Positions 1-8,861 of a DNA stretch of 64,000 bases are shown piece after piece. Source of the DNA: an uncultured candidate division Zixibacteria bacterium (lineage in GTDB: Bacteria; Zixibacteria; MSB-5A5; GN15; FEB-12); contig OY760907.1 of the NCBI GenBank assembly GCA_963664195.1, positions 1,856,001-1,920,000 of the forward strand. Reading direction: 5' to 3'. The notes under the pieces were generated by a model. It saw nothing but the letters and a program-made list of their open reading frames with translations, was not told the origin of the DNA and ran no database searches. A program made the position numbers and the translations under genes. The first letter of the stretch is position 1; every line of letters begins with the position of its first letter.

Positions 1-994
1 CATCTATCAGGAACCTGCTCGGCGAGCGCATCAGGTAATCCTTGCCAACCAGGTACGTCTCACCTGAAGATTTAAGACCGGCAGACTCCCATTCTCCGTC
101 AAAGGTCATTGCTGCATTGATTCTGTCGATCGGCATCTGGAAGATCAATACGCCAATCTTCTCGGCTCCGTCGAAAATTGGTGATGCGATGAAGCCGGCT
201 TGATCCTCGTACGAAGGGGTGTACGGGTTGAAATCATCAATCGCTACGAAATCTGGCGAGGTGGCCTGATTGGCCTCCTGAAAGGCACGCCCCAGACCGG
301 ATGAAGCGTACGGTCCGTCGATCAATGAGGTCGTGAAGTCAAGTTCCTTGAACACGGTGTACACGACGTCGCCGGTCTCGGGATCACACAAGAAGATGTC
401 GTAGTATCCGAATTCCTCAAGGAATGCACGGATGTGATTGTGATATCTGTCATGCAGAGCGCTCCATTGGGATCCGTCACCGGCGTTGTTCAAGAGGTGT
501 TTGCTCCCCAGGGGATTGGGGTTTGCCTGAATGTACAGGTACTGCAATACCACCGATTCATCATCTAAGGCTTGATAATTTTTGGCCGCCGACGGCGATG
601 TACCCTGATTTCGATTGCGGTACTCCGCAGAGAAATCGTCGCTGTAGTATTCTGACAGATTCCGACGCATCACCTCGACTTGTTGTTTTGAAGTCACGCT
701 TTCGCCGCCTGTCTCGGCGACGACATTCCGGAAGGTCTGTTTGAAATCACGCATGGCGTCGATGACCATCCTGTCGTTCGACAGCGTCAGGACTTGCCCT
801 CTCAGGGTGCCGAAGTACGACTCTATCTGGCGCTTCTGGGTGTCTCTGAGCGAGATGAGTTGGCTGAAGCCCTGTTCCTCCAGAGCCTTTGCGGATTTGT
901 TCACGGTTATGTATGCGACCGTGGCCAACGGGACAAGTCCGACCAGCAGGAAGATCGCAATGAGCTTGGTGTTGATCTTCAAATTCCTGAACAT
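1..994 (-). CDS. Membrane sensor, probably methyl-accepting chemotaxis protein with Cache-type periplasmic domain (5' part; runs off window, absent from ORF track)
   Basis: Manual translation from ATG at 994: MFRNLKINTKLIAIFLLVGLVPLA (TM1), later FLEEFGYYDIFLCDPETGDVVYTVFKELDFTTSL and FNPYTPSYEDQAGFIASPI, typical of dCache sensor domains. The signalling domain is outside the window. Confidence 0.75.
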   Translation of the reverse strand, partial: MFRNLKINTKLIAIFLLVGLVPLATVAYITVNKSAKALEEQGFSQLISLRDTQKRQIESYFGTLRGQVLTLSNDRMVIDAMRDFKQTFRNVVAETGGESVTSKQQVEVMRRNLSEYYSDDFSAEYRNRNQGTSPSAAKNYQALDDESVVLQYLYIQANPNPLGSKHLLNNAGDGSQWSALHDRYHNHIRAFLEEFGYYDIFLCDPETGDVVYTVFKELDFTTSLIDGPYASSGLGRAFQEANQATSPDFVAIDDFNPYTPSYEDQAGFIASPIFDGAEKIGVLIFQMPIDRINAAMTFDGEWESAGLKSSGETYLVGKDYLMRSPSRFLID

Positions 995-1351
995 TCTCTC
1001 GTTTCCTTTCTGTGCCAAACGTTAGAATTCGTATGTGAATTCCACAGCAAACGAAAACGGGTAGTCCCTATGAAGACCGTCGCGTTCTGTGAAGATATTG
1101 GTTGTTTTCCGGCGCCGCAAAACGCTGTCTGGAGTAGTCGTGGGACATGGCGGCGCCTCTGCCTATACACAAGATGTCGACCGCAAATCGTTCTTCTTGA
1201 GTACTCATAACGTGACATGAGGCGACCTCTGGCCGTGTCCTCGACGCCTACAGATTGTGAGTCTGTGTGGAAAACTCCCGAGCGAGTTGGAGATCCGACC
1301 TCCGAAAGCTCTGCATGACTTGATCGAAAGAAGGGAGATTACATCACGGGC

Positions 1352-2224
1352 CTATTCACCCGTGACGGTTTCTACACCTGTCGCCAGCACGGTCTTGAAC
1401 CAAATCTCCTGCTTCTCGGGCATATCAGGACGTTGACCGCCCATCCCGCCACCTCCACGACCGCCACCGCCACCGCCCATACCACCCCCGCGACCGCCAC
1501 CGCCGGGCATACCGCCGCCCATGCCGCCGGAGGGACGCATCCATTCGCGCATCTTGCCCTTGTCGAAATCACCCCAGATCGCGCCGATGCCAATCGTCTG
1601 GCCGGGTTCAACGCCCAGACCGTAGTTGCGGACCTCGGATTCGGCCAGGGGGATCGAAAACTCGTAGGTGAAGAAACTCATCGAAGTATCAAAACTCACT
1701 GCCGGTCCTCGGGAACCGTCGGTCGGCAGGTCGACATCGAGAAGGTTCTCCTTGTCGGCAAAAACAAACTCGCGATGGTCGCCCATGCCCGTTTTCATCC
1801 GTTTTTCGATATCTTCGCCGCGTTCCATGCCGCCCCGGCCTCGTCCCATCTCGTCCCGCTGCAAGGCCGCGAGATCAGGGCCACCGATATACTGGATGCA
1901 AAGGTCAGTACTTTTGCCCCCCTTTGCATCGACATAGATTTTCAGCCCGGACATCTTGATAGCACGCGCCCATTTCTGATCGCGGAATCGCATTAGGAGA
2001 TAGAGGTTGTCGGAGTCGTTGGCTATACCCAGGACCGCCTGCTGGTCTTCGAAGAATATCGTCGGGATATCCCCCCAATCGACATTGGAGCCGTCGGCTG
2101 TGATCGGAGTTTCCAAGGCAGACTCTCCGGCCCAGTGAGATTCGACTTCCATGGACTTGCAGCCGCAGAGCAGCAACACCGCAACAAGCAACAGACCGAC
2201 TGTTAGTTTCTGTGAGATCGGCAT
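1352..2224 (-). CDS. Hypothetical lipoprotein with Gly/Met/Arg-rich C-terminal tail
   Basis: Start moved to ATG 2224 (GGAG upstream); lipobox LLCGC; GGMGGG low-complexity tail. Confidence 0.7.
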   Translation of the reverse strand: MPISQKLTVGLLLVAVLLLCGCKSMEVESHWAGESALETPITADGSNVDWGDIPTIFFEDQQAVLGIANDSDNLYLLMRFRDQKWARAIKMSGLKIYVDAKGGKSTDLCIQYIGGPDLAALQRDEMGRGRGGMERGEDIEKRMKTGMGDHREFVFADKENLLDVDLPTDGSRGPAVSFDTSMSFFTYEFSIPLAESEVRNYGLGVEPGQTIGIGAIWGDFDKGKMREWMRPSGGMGGGMPGGGGRGGGMGGGGGGRGGGGMGGQRPDMPEKQEIWFKTVLATGVETVTGE

Positions 2225-2262
2225 GTACTCTCCGTGAGTTTTCCCATTCTGTTCTTCATATC

Positions 2263-2291
2263 TTAGACATGCGAAGTGTCTGGTGCATTCC
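2263..2291 (-). promoter_or_regulatory. Putative ECF sigma promoter GGAATG-N16-TGTCTAA
   Basis: Same motif and spacing as at 2821-2849, in front of the ECF sigma gene. Confidence 0.5.
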
Positions 2292-2355
2292 ACCGATTTT
2301 CAAAGAAGTTCTGGATAGTCGGGATGAAACTGGCCGTGCAGGTTGTCAAAGCCGT

Positions 2356-2430
2356 GTAAGTCAAAACCAACGCGGCAAGTCGCCCTGCGGTTTTGACATC
2401 AGAGTCGAAACTGCGTTAGTTTCGACCTAC
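2356..2430. repeat. REP doublet (REPIN-like), family A: long form on +, short form on -
   Basis: GTAAGTCAAAACCAACGCGGCAAGTCGCCCTGCGGTTTTGAC (2356-2397) faces GTAGGTCGAAACTAACGCAGTTTCGAC (minus, 2404-2430). Confidence 0.75.
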
Positions 2431-2458
2431 AAGAAATAGCCAGGGAGACTCGTAAGAT

Positions 2459-2674
2459 ATGAAAACGAAACTGACCATATTCACTACACTGGTGTGCCTC
2501 TTGGTAGCCGCATCGGTGACCGCCGGTGATACGGACAGGATCGACAAGCAGGTAACAGAACTGACCGAGCAACTGAAGCTTACTGAAAATCAAGCGTCTC
2601 GGGTGAAGGAAATACTGATCGGTTCATCGGAACTCGCTGCGATTGACCAGGAACGGTATCGCGGCGGCAACTAA
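2459..2674 (+). CDS. Small secreted Spy/LTxxQ-like protein, probably C-terminally truncated
   Basis: Signal peptide and LKLTENQ motif; only 71 aa. Confidence 0.5.
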   Translation: MKTKLTIFTTLVCLLVAASVTAGDTDRIDKQVTELTEQLKLTENQASRVKEILIGSSELAAIDQERYRGGN

Positions 2675-2820
2675 ACCGTTTCACAAATTACGGAAAATCC
2701 TCCCCCTCCTTCCTCGTTAAGGGCGGTTGTTGTCAGGCGAGTCTCGCAGCTTGCCGGCGGCAACGCCCTTTCTTCTTGTGTAAGAGGAATTAGAATTGTC
2801 CTTTTTTTGTTGAATAGGTT

Positions 2821-2849
2821 GGAATGTCTTGAACATTGGGACTGTCAAA
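2821..2849 (+). promoter_or_regulatory. Putative ECF autoregulatory promoter GGAATG-N16-TGTCAAA
   Basis: Matches the motif at 2263-2291; lies at the 5' end of the sigma gene. Confidence 0.5.
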
Positions 2850-3425
2850 TATGCAGAGACAGGAGAGTTTGAGATAAGAAGCGACGAGCAATTGATAGCG
2901 GCAACCCGTGAAGGCGACCAGATTGCGTTTCGGGAGCTGGTCCAGCGGTACGAACCCCGCGTGGCGGCCACCGTTATCGGTATGCTTGGCAACTGCCCTG
3001 AGGCCGACGATGTCGGTCAGGAGACGTTTATCGGATTCCACCGGGGCTTGAACAACTTTCGTGGAGAAAGCAGCGTGGCAACTTATCTTACGCGTATAGC
3101 GATCAATCTCTCGCTCAACGAGTTGAAGCGGCGCAAGCGGCGTTTCTCTATCTTCTCACGACCGGCCAGCGATGAGTCGATGGATATTCCGGACGAGAAA
3201 GCCTCAAAGATGTCTTTTGAGGACAAAGACCTGATCCGCTGGGCACTCACGAAACTCAAGCCGGAATTCCGATCGGTAATTGTGTTGCGATTGCTCGACG
3301 GGTATTCCACGGCTGAAACCGCCGAAGTATTGAAGGTTCCGATTGGAACCGTACAGTCTCGCCTGGCCAGGGCGCAGGGCAAATTGAAAGAGATACTGGC
3401 CCCGCATTTTGGAGAAAAGTCATGA
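2829..3425 (+). CDS. ECF-family RNA polymerase sigma-70 factor
   Basis: Region 2 (EADDVGQETFI...TYLTRIAIN) and region 4 (YSTAETAEVLKVPIGTVQSRLARA); start codon uncertain. Confidence 0.95.
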   Translation: MNIGTVKYAETGEFEIRSDEQLIAATREGDQIAFRELVQRYEPRVAATVIGMLGNCPEADDVGQETFIGFHRGLNNFRGESSVATYLTRIAINLSLNELKRRKRRFSIFSRPASDESMDIPDEKASKMSFEDKDLIRWALTKLKPEFRSVIVLRLLDGYSTAETAEVLKVPIGTVQSRLARAQGKLKEILAPHFGEKS

Positions 3426-3853
3426 AAGAAGAAATCCTGGAATTGCTTGGGCGTTCATTTGACAGTTCACTGTCAGATGTCGAACAGCGTCAACTTGAAG
3501 AGGCGCTGGCGGAATCACCGGAACTCCGGGCCGAGAAAGCACGCGTTGAGGCGTTGCGGAAGGCTGTATCTTCCAGCGTGGCGACTTCTTTCGATCCGTT
3601 CTTTGCCGACCGCGTAATGCAGCGAATTCGTGAAGAACAGACGGAGGGGCGCGAGGAGTCACTTATTGCTGATTCGCTGATCGTGCTGTTCCGTCGTGTT
3701 GCGGCCGTGGCGGCCGTGCTGACTCTGTCTGTTATGTCATACAACCTATTTTCGAGCGAAAGTAAGTCCTTTGCTGCCGCGATAGGTTTTCCTCAGGAGA
3801 CGATATCCGATGTCCTTGAGTCGCCCTATGCGTCTTTGCTGGAGGAGTCTTGA
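3422..3853 (+). CDS. Membrane anti-sigma factor
   Basis: Overlaps sigma stop; anti-sigma-like N-terminal helices and one TM. Confidence 0.75.
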   Translation: MKEEILELLGRSFDSSLSDVEQRQLEEALAESPELRAEKARVEALRKAVSSSVATSFDPFFADRVMQRIREEQTEGREESLIADSLIVLFRRVAAVAAVLTLSVMSYNLFSSESKSFAAAIGFPQETISDVLESPYASLLEES

Positions 3854-4317
3854 TCATGAAACCGAAAGCTAAATCAACCCTTATTTTGGCAGCGACTCTA
3901 TTTATTGGTATGATTCTGGGCGGTCTTGTTGCCGGGACGATTATGCGTGCTCGTTTTGCAGCGATTCCATCGCCGGATGATTTCGAGCCCCGCTTTGAGC
4001 GCGTATTTATGCGAGCCATAGATCCCGAGCCGGAACAGGAAGCGGCTGTTCGTGAGATCCTCACCCGGCACTCTGCCCGGATGGCCGGGATGTTCCAGGA
4101 GCACATGCAGGCAGCCAAGAACCAAACAGACTCTCTCAAAGCGGAACTCTCGACCGTGCTGACCGAGGAGCAGATGGTCCGTCTGGATAAGAAGATGAAG
4201 CGCATGGAGCGTATGATGCACGGCAAACCGCCCGGAGGGCGAGGTAGAGGGCAGCAGAGGCGCGGCGAAGGTCACCGTGGCGGCCCGCCACCGCCGGATT
4301 CAAACGACGTGATCTAG
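3850..4317 (+). CDS. Periplasmic Spy/CpxP-like protein
   Basis: N-terminal TM, VLTEEQ motif, Met/His-rich; third gene of the sigma/anti-sigma operon. Confidence 0.65.
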   Translation: MIMKPKAKSTLILAATLFIGMILGGLVAGTIMRARFAAIPSPDDFEPRFERVFMRAIDPEPEQEAAVREILTRHSARMAGMFQEHMQAAKNQTDSLKAELSTVLTEEQMVRLDKKMKRMERMMHGKPPGGRGRGQQRRGEGHRGGPPPPDSNDVI

Positions 4318-4348
4318 CGGAAACATGTGTTCGACAGGCCAGATACGA

Positions 4349-4373
4349 GAAAGCCCGCCCGCGGCGGGCTTTC
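4349..4373. terminator. Hairpin terminator between convergent genes
   Basis: GAAAGCCCGCC-CGC-GGCGGGCTTTC. Confidence 0.7.
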
Positions 4374-4419
4374 CTGCGTCCTGTGCGATCCGTCGCGCGG
4401 ACCGTTCCTCCTCACCTGA

Positions 4420-4872
4420 TCAGGAGATCCATTCCTGACTGTCGGTGTCATCCCCCATGAGCATCGGGATATCTTCGGCCGTAAGTCCTTTCGGAAGCCC
4501 GGCGGTGAGCAGGTGGTGAATCACCACCATACGCCTATTAGCGTGTGCCCGCTCACGATCCAGATCGACAAGCGATTGGTCAAACTCAGCTTTGCGCACG
4601 GCTGCCTTGTGTCGCACGTACATGCCGCCGCAGACGAAAGCTGCCCCAAAACCAAGCGCCGCGACGGCAAAAGCCGGAGCCATACCTATCAGTTGAAGAC
4701 CGAACGAACCTGCTATTACGATTAACCCTACCGAGCACAAATGCAGGGAATAATCATTGTTTTGGTTGTGGCTTTCGTTTCGCAGAATATCATCGATCTG
4801 TCTGCTTTGCCTCTCAAGCTGCTCTCCGGCCGCCCTGAGAGAATACTCCAGTGTCGATCCAAACTGAGCCAT
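4420..4872 (-). CDS. Hypothetical two-TM membrane protein
   Basis: 150 aa ORF with two adjacent hydrophobic segments flanked by coiled-coil-like stretches. Confidence 0.55.
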   Translation of the reverse strand: MAQFGSTLEYSLRAAGEQLERQSRQIDDILRNESHNQNNDYSLHLCSVGLIVIAGSFGLQLIGMAPAFAVAALGFGAAFVCGGMYVRHKAAVRKAEFDQSLVDLDRERAHANRRMVVIHHLLTAGLPKGLTAEDIPMLMGDDTDSQEWIS

Positions 4873-5230
4873 TTTATTTGCTGGTATGTCCTAAGGTTCC
4901 CGTTGTTGTTTTTGGTACGAAACCCGCCGCGACTGTGATTGACGCCCACATTCAGATTCTGCCAAAGGTTGCATTGTTGTGCAGAAAGTGACCACCATCT
5001 GTCATGGCAGCCGCAGGCGCTGTCCAGTATCAAGTGCGTTTTGACCCTCTTGTTTGGGATCCCGCGGTTGGAGGCGACCAAACATGGATAATAGCAAGCC
5101 AGTACACCATATTCTCTGAAGCAACCTTATCTCTGCGAGGGGCTTGACCTTCAATGTCTGAAACCATACCTTCATGCTACGCGTTACGCGATGAAACAGA
5201 GTGTATAGGATTGCTTCAGGAGATAAAGTT

Positions 5231-5770
5231 ATGCTGAAAAAAGACAATGCGACACTGGTCATAGTTGACGTTCAGGGAAAACTGGCGACGCTCATGCACG
5301 GCAGAGAGGATTTCTACGCGAATGTTGTACGCATGATCAAGGGTGCCCAGGTGCTGGAAATGCCGGTCCTCTGGAACGAGCAGCTACCGGACAAACTCGG
5401 TGCGACTATCGACGAGATCAAAGATGCCCTGCCCGGAATGGCCCCGCTGGTCAAGAAATCGTTCAGCTGCTGCGGCAACGGCGAGTTTTCCTCCAAGCTC
5501 AAAGAAACGGGTCGCAACCAGGTGGTTCTGGTTGGGATGGAAACCCATGTCTGCGTCTACCAGACTGCGATGGACCTGCTCGAACAGGGGTTTGAGGTGT
5601 ATGTTATAGCCGACGCTGTTTCCTCTCGTTCGGCTGATAACAAGCACATCGGACTCGAAGCTATGCGGGATGCCGGCGCGAATATCAGTTGTGTAGAGAT
5701 GGCCCTGTTTGAGATGCTCGAAGTCGCCGAGGGTGACCAGTTCAAGCAGGCGATTAAGATTGTGAAATAA
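5231..5770 (+). CDS. Isochorismatase-family cysteine hydrolase
   Basis: VIVDVQ, KKSFSC, GMETHVCVYQT motifs; RBS AGGAG before ATG 5231. Confidence 0.92.
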   Translation: MLKKDNATLVIVDVQGKLATLMHGREDFYANVVRMIKGAQVLEMPVLWNEQLPDKLGATIDEIKDALPGMAPLVKKSFSCCGNGEFSSKLKETGRNQVVLVGMETHVCVYQTAMDLLEQGFEVYVIADAVSSRSADNKHIGLEAMRDAGANISCVEMALFEMLEVAEGDQFKQAIKIVK

Positions 5771-6935
5771 ACGCTGATGCCGCTGCGGTGGCATCAGAGT
5801 ATTTGACTCGCAACTTGCTGTCAGGTGTCTCACCTGACAGCAAGTTGCGATCTGCCTCTTCGCGAAGCTGTTCTACGTCGCGCGTGCTCGTTGGATGTCC
5901 CAACAACTCGATGTTCTTCTGCTGCTCGATGTATGTATCAGTCGACACATCATTCTGCCAGTTTCCCGTCAGCATTCCGATTCCGGTTGCCGCTACGAAC
6001 AGTCCTACGACACAAACTGCTATCCAGCGCTTGTTGATCGGTCTGCGTGATACCGGCGCGTAGACGTCGAGCGTGTCCGCCACCGGGCAGGCGTCGAGGC
6101 ACTCAAGACAAGACGTACACTCGTCTGAGAAGACGGTTTTCACTTTATCGACTTTGATATGTGAAGGGCAGACTTTCGCACACTTCCCGCAATCGATACA
6201 ACTGACTGCATTCCGCTTGATCTTCTGAGGGCTAAGCAGCGATGTAATCCCCAGCAACGCACCGTAAGGACAAAGGAATCGGCACCAGAAATTGCGGACA
6301 AAGATCGAGGCTGCGAACAGCACGGCCAATACAATCAGCGAAAAGCGCGTTATATTCGCAAAGAAGTAGTACATCTTGACGTCGGAAACCAGATTGTACG
6401 GGCTGTCAAGAAACTGCTTCAGCGAGGCCTCGTTCATCAAGAAGAAGATCGAATAAACGAAGAATCCCAGCAGAAGATACTTGGGTGACCTGAGCGGCCA
6501 ATCGAGCCAGTTCGGGAATTTCCCGCGCCATCCGGTGAGCCTCTTTCCGAAATCCCCCAACAATTCCGACAGCAGTCCCACCGGGCACATCCACGAGCAG
6601 AACGACTTGCCGAAGACAAGCGACATCAGAAACACCGCGCCGAGAATGAACAGTCCCGCCGGATGATAGGTATGGATACTCCCGGACAGCAGCAGGTAGT
6701 AGAGGCTCATCAACGAACTGATCGGCAGGAATCCGTCGACACCGGGCGGCCGCTCAATCACGGCCAACTCCCCTCCGGACTCAAGATAGCCCACAAAGAA
6801 GTGGAACTCGAGGCCTATCCAGACGCACAACGCCGCGAACAGCACTTGCACGGCCAAGCGCCAGTTGGCGATGGGTGCAGACTTGTTGGGCGTGAATCCC
6901 TCTCGGGGTTTCTTTTTTACGGCGTCAATGGTCAT
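5754..6935 (-). CDS. Membrane 4Fe-4S protein (NapH/MauN/RdxA-like)
   Basis: FCSWMCP, WCRFLCPYG, two CxxCxxCxxxCP motifs and multiple TMs. Confidence 0.88.
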   Translation of the reverse strand: MTIDAVKKKPREGFTPNKSAPIANWRLAVQVLFAALCVWIGLEFHFFVGYLESGGELAVIERPPGVDGFLPISSLMSLYYLLLSGSIHTYHPAGLFILGAVFLMSLVFGKSFCSWMCPVGLLSELLGDFGKRLTGWRGKFPNWLDWPLRSPKYLLLGFFVYSIFFLMNEASLKQFLDSPYNLVSDVKMYYFFANITRFSLIVLAVLFAASIFVRNFWCRFLCPYGALLGITSLLSPQKIKRNAVSCIDCGKCAKVCPSHIKVDKVKTVFSDECTSCLECLDACPVADTLDVYAPVSRRPINKRWIAVCVVGLFVAATGIGMLTGNWQNDVSTDTYIEQQKNIELLGHPTSTRDVEQLREEADRNLLSGETPDSKLRVKYSDATAAASAFISQS

Positions 6936-6958
6936 TATGATTATAGTCGCTCATCGAA

Positions 6959-7030
6959 TCCCCTCCAAACGAGTTTGAAGGGGCCACCCGGAAGCCAGTA
7001 ATCGTAGGTCGAAATCCGTGCGGTTTCGAC
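6959..7030. repeat. Two REP-like palindromes (CGGGTGGCCC-headed on -, family A GTAG-headed on +)
   Basis: minus CGGGTGGCCCCTTCAAACTCGTTTGGAGGGG; plus GTAGGTCGAAATCCGTGCGGTTTCGAC (7004-7030). Confidence 0.7.
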
Positions 7031-7085
7031 ATTGTGATGTCAAACCCGAATACGGATCTGACCCACCTTCATCTGAGTGAGCTTC

Positions 7086-7874
7086 CTATTCTCCTGCTGC
7101 GCGTTTTCCCTGAAAGGCGGGGATATGTTCAATCTCAATTTCACTGCCGGGTTCGATGCCGATGGTGTGAACCTCGAGCGGAATGTCCGGGGTTATCTGA
7201 TTCCTTGCTGCGATTGCTGCCTGCGCGATTCCGGTACAGCAGGGAACGGTCATTTTCAGCACGGTGATTCGTTTCGGCTGAGCCTGAGCAAACGTCTGCT
7301 GCAACTTTTCGAAGTAGTGCTGCAAGTCGTCCAACTTCGGACACCCGACCAGTAATGACCGGCCCGCCACATACCGTTCATGGAAATCACCAACCGCAAA
7401 CGGCACGCAGTCGGCGCAGATCACCAGATCGGAATCTTTCAGGAACGGTGCGTGCGGCGGTACGAGCATCAACTGGACCGGCCACTGTCCCAGTAGTGAC
7501 GGGGCACCTGATAATGGAGCGGAGCCTGCCGCACCCTGTTGTCTCATGCTGCGCATCGCGGAACCGGGGCAGCCGCCAAGGTTAGGCATCTGAGTCGGAG
7601 CAGCCATCGGCAAAGGAGCGGCTGAGGGGTTTTGGCTGGCAAGATGTTTCTCGACCGCGGCTTCGTCGAATGCAGCAGCTTCGCGCTTTTCGACCGTCAA
7701 CGCACCCTGCGGGCAATCGCCGAGACAGGCCCCGAGGCCGTCGCAGTATATGTCTTTGACGAGTTTTGCCTTGCCGTCGACAAGTTGAAGCGCCCCCTCG
7801 GCGCAGGCGGTGATACACAGGCCGCAGCCGTCGCATTTGTCTTCGTCGATTATGATAATATCTCGCAGGGCCAT
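7086..7874 (-). CDS. 4Fe-4S ferredoxin-domain protein of the type often linked to hybrid-cluster-protein regulons
   Basis: CDGCGLCITAC and CDGLGACLGDCP; GCPGS, QWPVQL, ADCVPF, GCPKLD, VPCC. Confidence 0.85.
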   Translation of the reverse strand: MALRDIIIIDEDKCDGCGLCITACAEGALQLVDGKAKLVKDIYCDGLGACLGDCPQGALTVEKREAAAFDEAAVEKHLASQNPSAAPLPMAAPTQMPNLGGCPGSAMRSMRQQGAAGSAPLSGAPSLLGQWPVQLMLVPPHAPFLKDSDLVICADCVPFAVGDFHERYVAGRSLLVGCPKLDDLQHYFEKLQQTFAQAQPKRITVLKMTVPCCTGIAQAAIAARNQITPDIPLEVHTIGIEPGSEIEIEHIPAFQGKRAAGE

Positions 7875-7913
7875 TCAAGACTCCTTATGCCTTCGGCGTT
7901 CGTGACTTCTGGC

Positions 7914-7958
7914 ATTAGAATCGTCAGCGGACGAGATTTGTGCCTTGATCTAAGTCAA
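7914..7958 (-). promoter_or_regulatory. FNR/HcpR-type box with downstream -10 element
   Basis: TTGAT-CTAA-GTCAA at 7945-7958 (one mismatch to TTGAT-N4-ATCAA); TCTAAT on minus at 7914-7919, class II activator geometry. Confidence 0.7.
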
Positions 7959-7963
7959 CCGGA

Positions 7964-8660
7964 TCAGATTTTCTCACCGTCGGCAATTGATTGGAGCCTG
8001 CCGATGTCGAGCACGGTGATCTGTTTGCCGTTGACCTCGATAGCACCTATCTCTTTGAATTTCTTGAAATTGCGCGAAAGCGTCTCGATTACCGTCCCAA
8101 GCCGCGCGGCCAGTTCAGTCTTACTTGATTCAAGCTGGAATGTGTTGCCGGGGTCGGATGAGGACCGGCTGAGGATATATGCTGCCAGACGGGCGGGGAT
8201 TTCTTTGAGCGAAAGGTCTTCGACCTGTTGTGTAAAATCGCGCAGCCAGGCGGAGAGGGAGCCGATCATCTTCATGGCGATATTCGGCGAGTCGGCCAGA
8301 AGGGCTAGGAAGTCGGCTTTGGGAATGAAAGCAATCTCGGAGTCTTCGGTAGCCTGACAATTGGCGGGGAATCCTTTGCCCCGGAATATGGCGGCCTCGG
8401 CGAACATCTGTCCGGGTTGGACGAGATGCAACGTGTACTCACGGCCCTCGGGAGAGGATTTGTATATGCGGACCGCGCCGGAGATCAGGACAAAAAAGCC
8501 GGTGGCGGGGTCGCCCTCAAAAAACAGCACGCTTGGATAAGAACTGCACAAAGTTTTTGGCGACTGACCGAACGCTGACGATTTTCGTGAGCGCGGACAT
8601 CTCCTCGTCGTTGAGTTCCGCGAACAGTTTGGAGCGGTGCAGGCGTTGGGCGTTTTCCAT
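7964..8660 (-). pseudogene. Crp/Fnr-family regulator (HcpR/Dnr-like), frameshifted
   Basis: N-terminus MENAQRLHRSKLFAELNDEEMSALTKIVSVRSVAKN from ATG 8660 is in a different frame from SVLFFEGDPATGF...ELAARLGTVIETLSR; removing 8534-8552 rejoins them. Confidence 0.8.
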
Positions 8661-8822
8661 GCGGGTTTGATACGAAATTGGACTGGATCAGGCAAGGTTT
8701 GTTTGCGTGGGGGAGCTCTCGCTACGGTGTATAGAGACTCGTTGGGTGCCACCGTCAAAGCTTCTTTGAGGGTGTTTTCGGCAGATTTGAAGACAGCCAC
8801 TCCTGGCGTTGACCTGCGCTAG

Positions 8823-8847
8823 CCGTCAGACGGGGTCGTCTGACGGC
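8823..8847. repeat. Isolated palindrome (REP-like or terminator)
   Basis: CCGTCAGACG-GGGT-CGTCTGACGG with flanking G/C pair. Confidence 0.5.
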
Positions 8848-8861
8848 ACGTTGAACCGAGA

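Noticed and set aside
424..1218. Short ORFs listed at the window start
   Set aside because: They overlap the minus-strand sensor gene or its promoter and have no coding signature
1440..1530. CCGCCA/CCGCCC tandem repeats
   Set aside because: Explained by the Gly-rich coding tail of the lipoprotein
8661..8800. N-terminal extension of the Crp/Fnr ORF in the track
   Set aside because: Artifact of the frameshift; the credible start is ATG 8660 in another frame
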